From: Methanobacteriota archaeon
GTDB lineage: Archaea > Halobacteriota > Bog-38 > Methanoflorentales > Methanoflorentaceae
Assembly: GCA_963720465.1 (NCBI GenBank)
Contig: OY970393.1
Span: forward strand, 864,001 to 928,000
DNA length: 64,000 bases
Reading direction: 5' to 3'
Below, in pieces: positions 11,857 to 20,939 of this stretch. A program made the position numbers and the translations under genes. The number at the start of each line of letters is the position of its first letter. Position 1 is the first letter of the stretch. Under the pieces are notes generated by a model. It was not told the DNA's origin. It searched no databases and worked only from the letters and a program-made list of their open reading frames with translations.

Positions 11857-12439
11857 AAAAGCGAAGCTGATCGACACGGTAAGGCTGCCGCCTGAACGAC
11901 TAGGGGAAGAAACGATAGCGGTCGTAAAAGATCTCTTGCGAGATAAGCTCGAAGGTCGCATAGATAAGACGCTCGGATCCATAATAGCTATAACCGACGT
12001 TTTGGATATCGGCGAAGGGCGCATACTCGCGGGAGACGGAGCGATCTATTACGATGTCACTTTTCATGCGATTACCTTCAAACCAGAGCTCCAGGAGATA
12101 TTGGAAGGCAAAGTCGTGGAAATTGTGGAATTTGGTGCCTTCGTGGGACTAGGGCCGCTCGATGGTTTGCTGCACGTGAGCCAAATAGCTGACGACTATA
12201 TCTCGTTCGACGAAAAAAACTCGAGACTAGTAGGAAAAGAGACCGGAAGGGCCATTACGGAAGGCGATATGCTGCGGGCTCGAGTGGTCGCCGTAAGCTT
12301 GAACGAACGCGAGCCGCGAGAGAGTAAGATTGGCCTCACTATGCGACAAGCAGCTCTAGGCAAGGTCGAATGGCTTGCTGAAGCGCGTGAAAAAGCCAAG
12401 AAAGAGGAGGAGGAGCAAAATGCCGGAACAAGTGTGTAA
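11849..12439 (+). CDS. rpoE1: DNA-directed RNA polymerase subunit E' (Rpo7)
   Basis: GDGAIYY, FGAFVGLGPLDGLLHVSQI, KIGLTMRQ. Confidence 0.96.
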   Translation: MYKKAKLIDTVRLPPERLGEETIAVVKDLLRDKLEGRIDKTLGSIIAITDVLDIGEGRILAGDGAIYYDVTFHAITFKPELQEILEGKVVEIVEFGAFVGLGPLDGLLHVSQIADDYISFDEKNSRLVGKETGRAITEGDMLRARVVAVSLNEREPRESKIGLTMRQAALGKVEWLAEAREKAKKEEEEQNAGTSV

Positions 12440-12605
12440 GACTTGCCATCGATTTGTCGAAGGACTCGTGTGCCCCGTGTGCGGATCGAGCTCACTTGGG
12501 CGAGATTGGAGCGGATACTTGATTATTATCAATCCTAAACGCTCTGAAGTTGCCAAGCGAATGAATATCGACTTGCCCGGAAAGTACGCGCTCAAAGTTC
12601 GATAA
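12420..12605 (+). CDS. spt4: Transcription elongation factor Spt4 (RpoE'')
   Basis: CKTCHR..CPVCGS, WSGYLII, PGKYALKVR. Confidence 0.95.
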   Translation: MPEQVCKTCHRFVEGLVCPVCGSSSLGRDWSGYLIIINPKRSEVAKRMNIDLPGKYALKVR

Positions 12606-12612
12606 GAAGCTC

Positions 12613-13122
12613 ATGCTGAACGACAAGCTCAAAGCTGAGCTCCAGAAACCGTTCGGTGATCTTTGCTCGCACGCAGATTGTGCAGAAAAGTTAAGAGCTT
12701 ATAAAAAAATAGTCACAGTTGGAGACATAACGACCTACACTGTGATACAAGCCGGTATTGTGCCTGATGTGTGCATCATTGACGGCATCACAATGAGGGC
12801 GAAGGTATCCGACGAGATCTACCACGCGATCAGCACCGAACCCCGCACCGTTTATGAAGTAGATAACCCCCCAGGCTCCATCTCTCAGCAGCTTCAAAAC
12901 GCCGTAAGCGGATCGATGAAGGACCTCGGACGGCCTCTCCGGACGAGAATCGTCGTCAACGGCGAAGAGGATCTGGCGGTAATCCCAGCAGTTATTGAGG
13001 CTCCTTTGGGAACAGCGATCGTTTACGGCCAGCCAAGCGAGGGCATGGTTATCATCGTTACAACGCGAGAGAAAAAAGAGAAAGCGAAACGCCTCTTGCG
13101 CGAGATATTGAAACAACCTTAG
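12613..13122 (+). CDS. GTP-dependent dephospho-CoA kinase (DUF359)
   Basis: VGDITT, IDGITMR, NPPGSI, GEEDLA, YGQPSEG. Confidence 0.9.
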   Translation: MLNDKLKAELQKPFGDLCSHADCAEKLRAYKKIVTVGDITTYTVIQAGIVPDVCIIDGITMRAKVSDEIYHAISTEPRTVYEVDNPPGSISQQLQNAVSGSMKDLGRPLRTRIVVNGEEDLAVIPAVIEAPLGTAIVYGQPSEGMVIIVTTREKKEKAKRLLREILKQP

Positions 13123-13146
13123 CGACAAATAAAAGACGGAGCTACC

Positions 13147-13458
13147 ATGCAGATCGAAGTCATCAAAGAAGAGAATAACGAATTACTTAACCGAAAGCAG
13201 CTGCAAATCAAGATTCAACACGATGCGGCTACTCCGGCGCGGATAGAAGTCAGGGATCAGGTTGCTGCCGACTTTAAAATTGAGCCTGAGCGAGTGATAA
13301 TCGACAATATGCGAACCGCTTTTGGCAAAAGGGAGACTACGGCATATGTTAAGATATACGAATCCGCTGAAGCCGCCCAACAAATAGAACAAGAGCACAT
13401 CCTGAAGCGGAACGCGTCGCCAACTCCCGAGCAACCAGAAGGGGGTGAAGAAAGTTAA
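13147..13458 (+). CDS. rps24e: 30S ribosomal protein S24e
   Basis: NELLNRK, TPARIEV, FG..T..YVKIY. Confidence 0.93.
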   Translation: MQIEVIKEENNELLNRKQLQIKIQHDAATPARIEVRDQVAADFKIEPERVIIDNMRTAFGKRETTAYVKIYESAEAAQQIEQEHILKRNASPTPEQPEGGEES

Positions 13459-13603
13459 GGCAAGCGAGTTGTATGACGTAAGCGAGGGCAAGGCGCAGAG
13501 GAAGCGCCAGAACTGTCCACGCTGCGGCGAAGGGGTCTTTTTGGCCGAGCACAAAGACAGGCTCTCGTGCGGCAAGTGCGGGTACACGCAGTTTAAAAAG
13601 TAA
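13445..13603 (+). CDS. rps27ae: 30S ribosomal protein S27ae (52 aa, not in ORF track)
   Basis: Manual translation: ...[34 protein letters not shown]. Confidence 0.95.
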   Translation: MKKVKASELYDVSEGKAQRKRQNCPRCGEGVFLAEHKDRLSCGKCGYTQFKK

Positions 13604-13611
13604 CCCCCGGT

Positions 13612-14595
13612 TTGCGAATGATAGTCTTAGGCATTGAGGGGACCGCTTGGAACCTTAGCGCAAGCGTGGTGGATGATGATAATGTGTTGTGTCAAGCGAG
13701 TTCGGCGTATATTCCTGCCTCAGGCGGAATACATCCAAGAGAAGCGGCACAACACGTTGCGAACAACATTGCCGGCGTCATTCGCCAAGTCCTGGGTTCG
13801 ACAGACCCCCGTTTAATCGATGGAGTCGCTTTTTCGCAAGGCCCTGGCTTGGGACCGTGCTTGCGCATTGTCGGCACAGCTGCCAGGGCGTTATCTCTGC
13901 GACTTAGCGTGCCTTTGGTTGGGGTCAATCACTGCGTCGCACATATCGAAGTGGGGCGATGGAAAACTGATCTCGTGGATCCGATCGTTCTGTACGTGAG
14001 CGGAGCAAACTCGCAGGTGCTGTCGTACCGGCAACAAAGATACCGAATTCTCGGAGAGACCTTAGACATCGGCATAGGGAACTGTCTTGACAAGTTCGCT
14101 CGATCGGCCGGCTTGCCTCATCCAGGCGGCCCAAAGGTGGAGCGACTCGCGCAAGAATCGCGAAACTACTTGCCTATGCCGTACGTGGTGAAGGGAATGG
14201 ACTTCTCATTTTCGGGGATCGTTACCGCGGCTACAGAGGCGTTAAAATCAGCATCGCTTGAGGAAATATGCTATAGCTTTCAAGAGACTGCCTTCTCGAT
14301 GCTCGTCGAAGTAAGCGAGCGAGCGCTATCACAAATGGATAAATCAGATCTGCTTTTGGCAGGTGGCGTCGGCACTAACACGCGACTACAAGAGATGCTA
14401 TCGGTAATGTGCGCTCAGCGCGGTGCGCGATTCTACGCGCCCAAGTCGGAATATTTACAAGACAATGGCGCCATGATCGCATATACGGGCCTGCTCATGT
14501 TGAGACACGGAATCCAAACCGCGATCGCTTCTTCCGGCGCCAACCCGAGCTTCAGGCCAGACGAGGTTGAGGTGCGGTGGATCGAGACACACTAG
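13612..14595 (+). CDS. kae1: KEOPS N6-threonylcarbamoyltransferase Kae1
   Basis: LGIEGTA, GGIHPREAA, VNHCVAHIE, DNGAMIA. Confidence 0.95.
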   Translation: MRMIVLGIEGTAWNLSASVVDDDNVLCQASSAYIPASGGIHPREAAQHVANNIAGVIRQVLGSTDPRLIDGVAFSQGPGLGPCLRIVGTAARALSLRLSVPLVGVNHCVAHIEVGRWKTDLVDPIVLYVSGANSQVLSYRQQRYRILGETLDIGIGNCLDKFARSAGLPHPGGPKVERLAQESRNYLPMPYVVKGMDFSFSGIVTAATEALKSASLEEICYSFQETAFSMLVEVSERALSQMDKSDLLLAGGVGTNTRLQEMLSVMCAQRGARFYAPKSEYLQDNGAMIAYTGLLMLRHGIQTAIASSGANPSFRPDEVEVRWIETH

Positions 14596-15164
14596 AGGTC
14601 CTTACAGGAGCGGAAGCGGTCGTCGCTCTTCGCGGCCATTCTGTGGTGAAGAAGCGCATTCCGAAGGACTATCGCATAGCTGAGCTTGACACGAAGCTGC
14701 GAAGAGAGCGCACGCGACTTGAGGCGAAGATACAATCTGATGCGCGACGAGCTGGGGTACCGACGCCTATAATAGGGGCAATCGACAGCTTTTCAATCAC
14801 CATGGAGCGCATAGAGGGACCGCCCGTGAGCAGTGCGATGAGCGAGGCGGTCGCTGAAGACATTGGCGTGGTGCTCTGTGCGCTTCACTCGGCAGGTATC
14901 GTCCATGGAGATCCAACGACGCACAACATGATTCTTTCAGCCGGAAAGGTATACCTGATAGATTTTGGCCTCTCCTCCTACGACCGAAGCCTTGAGGCCA
15001 GGGGCGTAGACGTCCACGTCTTTTTCCAAACACTCCAGGCAACCGACGACAGGTTCCCTGCGCTGAAGGACGCATTTCTTGCTGGTTACGCGAGAAACTG
15101 CTCAAATGCCGCGCTGATCCTAGAAAAGGTGAACGAGATCAAAGAGCGAGGTCGCTACTTGTGA
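14577..15164 (+). CDS. bud32: KEOPS kinase Bud32
   Basis: GAEA, KKRIPKDYR, HGDPTTHN, IDFGL, ERGRY. Confidence 0.93.
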   Translation: MDRDTLEVLTGAEAVVALRGHSVVKKRIPKDYRIAELDTKLRRERTRLEAKIQSDARRAGVPTPIIGAIDSFSITMERIEGPPVSSAMSEAVAEDIGVVLCALHSAGIVHGDPTTHNMILSAGKVYLIDFGLSSYDRSLEARGVDVHVFFQTLQATDDRFPALKDAFLAGYARNCSNAALILEKVNEIKERGRYL

Positions 15165-15700
15165 GAGCGTTCAGTTTCATCACGCAAAACCCCGGGAAGG
15201 TGGTGGAGCTGCAAGCCAAGGCTCACGAGTTCGGGCTAGAGATCGTCCAAGTCAACGCATCCTACCCAGAGCTCCAAGCTGATACGCTCGAGGAAGTCGT
15301 CCGACACGGACTCAGTTACTGCAAAGAGAAGTTCCCATCCCCATTTATTATCGAAGATTCCGGTCTGTTCATCGATGACCTCCACGGGTTCCCAGGACCG
15401 TACTCCTCCTATGTGCACAAAACCATAGGGAACACCGGCGTAGTCAAGCTCATCGGAGAGGGGCGACCGGCACGGTTCGAGTCTGCGATCGGAAGCTATT
15501 GCCGTGAATTCAAGCTATTCCACGGACGTGTAGAGGGACGCATAGTGAGTTCACGTGGCCATCGAGGCTTCGGATTCGATCCTATTTTCGAGTATGAAGG
15601 CCGGACATTCGCAGAGATGACGGTTGACGAGAAGAACGCACTATCGCACCGAAGCAAGGCCGCGGAACTGTTCTTGGAATGGGCATCAACAATTATATAA
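15161..15700 (+). CDS. rdgB: dITP/XTP pyrophosphatase (Ham1 family)
   Basis: EDSGL, GFPGPYS, GFGFDPIF, SHR. Confidence 0.95.
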   Translation: MRAFSFITQNPGKVVELQAKAHEFGLEIVQVNASYPELQADTLEEVVRHGLSYCKEKFPSPFIIEDSGLFIDDLHGFPGPYSSYVHKTIGNTGVVKLIGEGRPARFESAIGSYCREFKLFHGRVEGRIVSSRGHRGFGFDPIFEYEGRTFAEMTVDEKNALSHRSKAAELFLEWASTII

Positions 15701-15768
15701 GAAGGGATCACAAAGTAGCACACCTCAGGGGCATTCAGACCCGTCTCTGACAAGATAACGGAGCTTAA

Positions 15769-16221
15769 ATGGCGCGAATGTACGCACGAAGGAAAGGAGT
15801 ATCGGGATCTACTAGGCCACTGAAGAGTACGGTTCCCGTTACCATGACATCAGAGGAGGTCCAGAAGCTAATCGTGGAGCTACGGAACACCGGGCTGTCC
15901 TCAAGTCAAGTCGGGATCGTCCTGAGGGACACGTACGGGATACCGAGCGTCAAGTCAGTCACCAAGAAAAGTCTGACCGAAGTGCTTAGTGACCATGGAG
16001 TCGCCCCTGAACTCCCTGAAGACTTGTTCAATCTCATCACCAAAGCCTTGAAGCTCAGAGATCATCTTGAAGAAAACAAAAAAGACCTCCACAACAAACG
16101 CGCTCTTCAACTCACAGAGTCGAAGATTCGAAGGCTAGTCAACTATTACAAGAGCAGGGACGTGCTGCCTGACGAGTGGTCGTACCGACTCGACACCGTC
16201 GAGATGCTGATCTCACGATAG
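15769..16221 (+). CDS. rps15: 30S ribosomal protein S15 (uS15)
   Basis: MARMYARRKG.SGS, LRDTYGIP, LTESKIRRL. Confidence 0.97.
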   Translation: MARMYARRKGVSGSTRPLKSTVPVTMTSEEVQKLIVELRNTGLSSSQVGIVLRDTYGIPSVKSVTKKSLTEVLSDHGVAPELPEDLFNLITKALKLRDHLEENKKDLHNKRALQLTESKIRRLVNYYKSRDVLPDEWSYRLDTVEMLISR

Positions 16222-16334
16222 CACGCGATTCTTTAGCGGCTCGAAAGGTGCGCGTTTGCTGCGCAGCCTTTTTTTGCAAAGCGAACCCTAGCAGCTGAAA
16301 GTGGACCGAGCTCCTCCTTCTTACTCCGCCACGC

Positions 16335-16547
16335 ATGATTACTGCAATCCTCGTTTACGAACATCCGCAGGCGCTCTCAATTGTCGAAGCTCTTCAGCCT
16401 GATAATACACCCGAGATAAAAATGAAGGCGACGGGAAACAGAGTGGAGATAACAGTGAAAACGAAGAAACTACGAACCCTAGTAGCTTCCTGCGACGATC
16501 TACTTTCGAATCTCCAAATAGCTCAAGAAATGCTTAGCGGCCTCTGA
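16335..16547 (+). CDS. pcc1: KEOPS subunit Pcc1
   Basis: ALQPDN, LRTLVASCDDLL.NL; position after rps15. Confidence 0.8.
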   Translation: MITAILVYEHPQALSIVEALQPDNTPEIKMKATGNRVEITVKTKKLRTLVASCDDLLSNLQIAQEMLSGL

Positions 16548-16639
16548 GAGTGAGTGACACCTAGAAGCTCTCGGCGCGCGCGTCTACGCCACCATGCGCA
16601 ACGACGAGACTGTGCAAGCCAAGTACGCACCGACCCTGG

Positions 16640-17131
16640 TCAACTGATCTTTTTTAGATAACTGAGCCACCTTTTTTGGGCTTCATTTCTATCGATTGAC
16701 GGGGCTTGAACGGAATTGAGGAGTTTACCTTTCTCCAAGCCTCTCAGTTCAACGGCGGCGCGAATCAGACCTTGCGCTTCCGCGTACAACACAAGCGCTT
16801 CGCGCTCATCGATGTCCTGACTCCGAATTGTCGATTCGATTTGTCGTATTTTTCTCTCGATAGCCCCCCAAAGCCTTTGCACGGCTGCACATTCCTGAGG
16901 AGTGACCTCATTCTTGTGATTTATCAGATGCCACATAACCTCGTGAAGCGCAACAACCTCTCCGTCGAGTTCGATCTCTTCTGGTATTTCCGTGCCGACG
17001 AACGTGAAGATTCGGTTTAGCTTAAACAAGAGCTCTTCTCGCTCTTTCCTTGTGAGAGCACTGGCATCCATTAAGTGAACACCCCACACGGTTACGTTGG
17101 GGTTTTCTTTCGCGCTTTTTTTGGGATCCAT
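16640..17131 (-). CDS. DUF5788-like conserved archaeal protein
   Basis: ER..LL..L....FVG..IPE.I.LDG, GLIRA, KRW..YLKKI. Confidence 0.7.
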   Translation of the reverse strand: MDPKKSAKENPNVTVWGVHLMDASALTRKEREELLFKLNRIFTFVGTEIPEEIELDGEVVALHEVMWHLINHKNEVTPQECAAVQRLWGAIERKIRQIESTIRSQDIDEREALVLYAEAQGLIRAAVELRGLEKGKLLNSVQAPSIDRNEAQKRWLSYLKKIS

Positions 17132-17305
17132 GGCCGTTCTTCCGCTAATGGTTGTTAGTGCGCTTCAACTTTAACCATTGCCCCGCAGGCAAGTATCACT
17201 GTGGCAACCTATAAGAACGCCCGTGAAGGGCGAAAGACCTGGACAAAGATTATGAACCTTGAGCTAGATAAACTCGAAACCTATAGGATCCCGCATTTTT
17301 GACAT

Positions 17306-17959
17306 ATGAATCGAATACCACGCCACGTCGGCATCATCCCTGACGGGAACCGTCGCTGGGCACTCGCTCGCGGTTTGCGGAAAGAGGCAGGCTATGAAGC
17401 TGGCTTGCCCCCTGGATTAGAATTACTCAGGCTGTGCAGTAGCGTCGGCGTCAAGGAAGTCACGAGCTACGGCTTCACCCAAGATAACACGAAAAGAACC
17501 CAAGTGCAGAGAAGGGCCTTCCAAAAAGCGTGCATTGGCGGCGTCGAGATTCTCAAACACGAAGATGCTAACCTGCTTGTCCTCGGAGACACAGACTCTC
17601 CGATGTTCCCAAAAGAGCTCCTCCCCTACACAAAAAGAACTACATTTGGCTCAGGAAAAATAAAGGTCAACTTCTTGGTCAATTACGGCTGGCAGTGGGA
17701 CTTAAGTCCGCTCTTTGCCTACCCCAAAGCCACATTCGAGGGCGAAAACGTCACAAAGATGATACGATCGCATGACATTTCTCGCATGGATTTGATAGTT
17801 CGCTGGGGTGGTAGACGACGACTAAGCGGATTTTTGCCCGTGCAATCGGTATATTCGGATATCTACGTTGTCGATGCATATTGGCCGGATTTCAAGCCAG
17901 AGCACTTCTATGCAGCGCTCGATTGGTATAGCAAGCAGGATGTCACGCTGGGCGGATAA
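17306..17959 (+). CDS. cis-prenyltransferase (UppS family, atypical short type)
   Basis: HVGIIPDGNRRWA, RWGGRRRLSGFL, WPDF; ends QDVTLGG. Confidence 0.9.
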   Translation: MNRIPRHVGIIPDGNRRWALARGLRKEAGYEAGLPPGLELLRLCSSVGVKEVTSYGFTQDNTKRTQVQRRAFQKACIGGVEILKHEDANLLVLGDTDSPMFPKELLPYTKRTTFGSGKIKVNFLVNYGWQWDLSPLFAYPKATFEGENVTKMIRSHDISRMDLIVRWGGRRRLSGFLPVQSVYSDIYVVDAYWPDFKPEHFYAALDWYSKQDVTLGG

Positions 17960-18170
17960 CTAACCGCTTACAGACTCTCGCTAGCGAACCTAGGCCGAGC
18001 AGGGAGGTTCGACGTATTCACTTTGCGGCAAAATACCTTTCCTTGTACAAACGGCTCACTCAGAGCGACCGCGTTGCACAAATTGTTACAGGTGAACGAA
18101 CCAAACGAATGCGCAGTTTGACTGATACCATAACATAAGAACTAAATACGTAGGGCTTTTTCGGTGGATT

Positions 18171-18308
18171 ATGAAGCGCTACTTCCGCTGTACAGTTTGT
18201 GACGATATACACTACGGGGAAAATGCTCCCGAGATTTGCCCTACCTGCGAAACCATGGGTTCGTATATAGAGGTCACAAAAGATGAGGCTGAGGAGTACT
18301 TCTTATAG
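18171..18308 (+). CDS. Rubredoxin-like small protein (45 aa, not in ORF track)
   Basis: Manual translation MKRYFRCTVCDDIHYGENAPEICPTCETMGSYIEVTKDEAEEYFL*. Confidence 0.8.
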   Translation: MKRYFRCTVCDDIHYGENAPEICPTCETMGSYIEVTKDEAEEYFL

Positions 18309-18455
18309 CCAAAAAAACAGCAGGCTGTTCACAACGTTGCGTACGCTTCTTCTTAGTTCCAAAGCAAGCGCTTTGCTAGGCCGCCAGCGCTGAAGATCCT
18401 CCGAAAACAAAAAAAGGAGGGCCGCAGAGCCAAAAACGTCTGCGGCAGCACGTGT

Positions 18456-19019
18456 TCACACTTGATCAAGCATTTGATCGGACATGCCTTCCATCTCGTC
18501 TTGCGAAGGCCCTTTCTCAAACGTAGCGGCTTGAATCACGTCGTCTATTCGAAGGATCATGTTCGCGGCTTCAGTGGCCGACAAGATGGCTTGCTTCTTC
18601 GTTCTGAGAGGTTCGATCACGTCAGGCCACATATCTGTCGCTTTTCCCGTCGAAATCTGGAGCCCCATCGTTTTATTTCCCGATTCGTGAGCGGTCCTCA
18701 AACCAACAAGCGAGTCCATCGGGTCCAAACCCGAGTTTTCGGCAAGCGTTTTTGGAATAATTTCGATCGCGTCGGCAAAGGCGATGACTGCCAGTTGTTC
18801 CCTCCCGCTGAGCGTTGACGCGTAGTCGCGGAGTTGCATCGCGATCTCAACCTCCGGAGCGCTGCCTCCCGCGACGACTTTTCCATCTTCGATTGATGCT
18901 TGAGCGACTCGAACCGCGTCGTACACAGCTCGGTGAGTTTCTTCGACTTGATGATCGGCTCCCCCGTGAATGACGATACTGACGACGCGAGGGTTTTTAC
19001 AGTCTTTGATTGTTATCAT
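18456..19019 (-). CDS. ths: Thermosome subunit, C-terminal part
   Basis: CKNPRVVSI, VAGGSAPE, IPKTLAENSGLD, EPLRTK, ILRIDD; GGAGGT 6 nt upstream of ATG. Confidence 0.9.
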   Translation of the reverse strand: MITIKDCKNPRVVSIVIHGGADHQVEETHRAVYDAVRVAQASIEDGKVVAGGSAPEVEIAMQLRDYASTLSGREQLAVIAFADAIEIIPKTLAENSGLDPMDSLVGLRTAHESGNKTMGLQISTGKATDMWPDVIEPLRTKKQAILSATEAANMILRIDDVIQAATFEKGPSQDEMEGMSDQMLDQV

Positions 19020-19033
19020 TCCTAGACCTCCGT

Positions 19034-20128
19034 CTAATCAATGCCGCAGGTGTCACAGCCAGATTCTATGTCAGTTGTTTCTTCGATTTCGCCCGCGTTG
19101 CCCAAGTCTGATGCGCTGAGATCATTCAGGCTGGACACCACTCGGGCGCCGGTCACCTTAGAAATCGTCTCAATGTCCTCGCGTTTCACGTTCTCCACTG
19201 CCATCACGTTATTACGCGAAAAGTGCCATTGGAGTAGATCGTCGATACCCTTCTGGCAAAAGACGACGTTAGCACCGCTTGCCAAGATCTTGTCAGCCTT
19301 CTCGATCAGCGCTTCATGATCGCGTTCCATGAAAAGTTTCATTTGCGTTGGATCTTTTATTTTGATTTTGGCATCGGTCTTTGTTTTGGTAAGCTCGAGT
19401 GGTTGGTCATACACAAGGATGCGCGCATCGCATACTTTTCGCGGCATTCCCTCGGCAGCGCGTTCCTTGTCGACAACAACGCCTTCTACGAGTTCTGAAT
19501 CGGAAACAGAACCGGAAAGTTTCTTTTCAATTCTGATGTCATCCTCGTCGACCTTGTACGTGTTGTTGACTTTTTGCGCGACCATTTTCACCGCTTCAAC
19601 AACGAGCTGCGGAAGTATCTCAGTGCCCACGTCAGTGCCTTTGCCCGTGAGCGCCGTCTTTGCAATCTTCTTCAGCAGATCGTCATCGCGAATCGAAACG
19701 TTGCGCGACAGCAGTTCGGCGATCTCAATCGCTTTTTCTGCGGCGAGGCCGTAGCCTTTCTCTATAACCGTGGGGTGGATGTCTTGATCGAGCAATTCTT
19801 CTGCGTTTTTCAGCAATTCCCCAGCCAAGATAACCGCCGTTGTTGTCCCGTCGCCCACTTCATCATCCTGCGTTTTAGCGACTTCAACCATCATCTTAGC
19901 TGCTGGATGCTCAATATCCATCTCCTTCAATATCGTCGCGCCGTCGTTCGTTATAACCACGTCGCCCATCGAATCAACGAGCATCTTGTCCATGCCTTTC
20001 GGTCCGAGCGTAGTTCGCACTGATTCAGCTACGGCCCTGCTCGCGGTAAAATTCATTGACTGGGCTTCCCTGCCCTTCGTCCTTTGTGTTCCTTCGCGTA
20101 GAATGAGAATAGGTTGACCACCAATCAC
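19034..20128 (-). CDS. ths: Thermosome subunit, N-terminal part ending in a CxxC tail
   Basis: GTG start after GGAGGT; [32 protein letters not shown]; ends [11 protein letters not shown]. Confidence 0.92.
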   Translation of the reverse strand: MIGGQPILILREGTQRTKGREAQSMNFTASRAVAESVRTTLGPKGMDKMLVDSMGDVVITNDGATILKEMDIEHPAAKMMVEVAKTQDDEVGDGTTTAVILAGELLKNAEELLDQDIHPTVIEKGYGLAAEKAIEIAELLSRNVSIRDDDLLKKIAKTALTGKGTDVGTEILPQLVVEAVKMVAQKVNNTYKVDEDDIRIEKKLSGSVSDSELVEGVVVDKERAAEGMPRKVCDARILVYDQPLELTKTKTDAKIKIKDPTQMKLFMERDHEALIEKADKILASGANVVFCQKGIDDLLQWHFSRNNVMAVENVKREDIETISKVTGARVVSSLNDLSASDLGNAGEIEETTDIESGCDTCGID

Positions 20129-20939
20129 TGTGCTAACCTCCGAAATTACTAGAGTTGTTGTTCTATATAAAAGTTCTCTGAGTGGGCACCGCGTCGGTGA
20201 AAAAACCGGACAAACAGCGTCCTTGAAAGCGCAGGTTAAAACGACCCGATCAGTAATTGCCTCCAAGATATGCAGGGTGGTAGCATTGAGCTTCAATCGT
20301 GCTGGTATGGGATGCACCGCAGCTGCACGGCCACACGTCATCGTTGCCAAACCACGCTACCGCGATAAGCGGGCAGATGACGACTCCAAGCGTACCGAGA
20401 GAGCGTTCGAAGCCGAATGACCCCCCATGCCGAGGCTCTTTGACTCGGAAACAATAGCATAACGCGCCCTTCGCTGACGCCCTCACAAGGCGATCAACGA
20501 ACTGTATTGCCAAGACGTGCTGCCACGCAGTTGCTAATGCAAGCAAGGGCTTCGACATTGCTGCGATGGTTTAGCCGGAGTACACGAGGGACTTGCGTTT
20601 CCCGAATCTGTCTAAGAGGAACACGGAAATTATCTTTGCATCCTTGCGGTGCTTTTCGACGCATTCTATGAGATCAATGTCAATGAACGCCGCTCCCAGG
20701 AGGTTAACAAGAAAAAGAGGAATGAGCGGATAGATCTTCTCCGCGCTCATTTTGGCGAGCAGACTCACGAGCCAAGGATTGCGACGTTCAAGCTAATCCT
20801 AAAAACGAGAGCTCCTTTAGAGCCTCCTCCTGAACATCTGCACAGGGCTTAGCTTTTCGGATTTGAAAACTGTCTAAGGATAAGAAGGCGTCCATTAGCG
20901 ATAAGATTAAGATTGTGCAGCATAAAACATATTGGAATC

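Noticed and set aside
19034-19036. Pyrrolysine read-through of the thermosome TAG
   Set aside because: The downstream half is in another frame and a second in-frame TAG follows four codons later.
20129-20350. N-terminal extension of the thermosome in the ORF track
   Set aside because: Homology and SD point to GTG 20128; the extension spans a TATA-like TTTATATA promoter.
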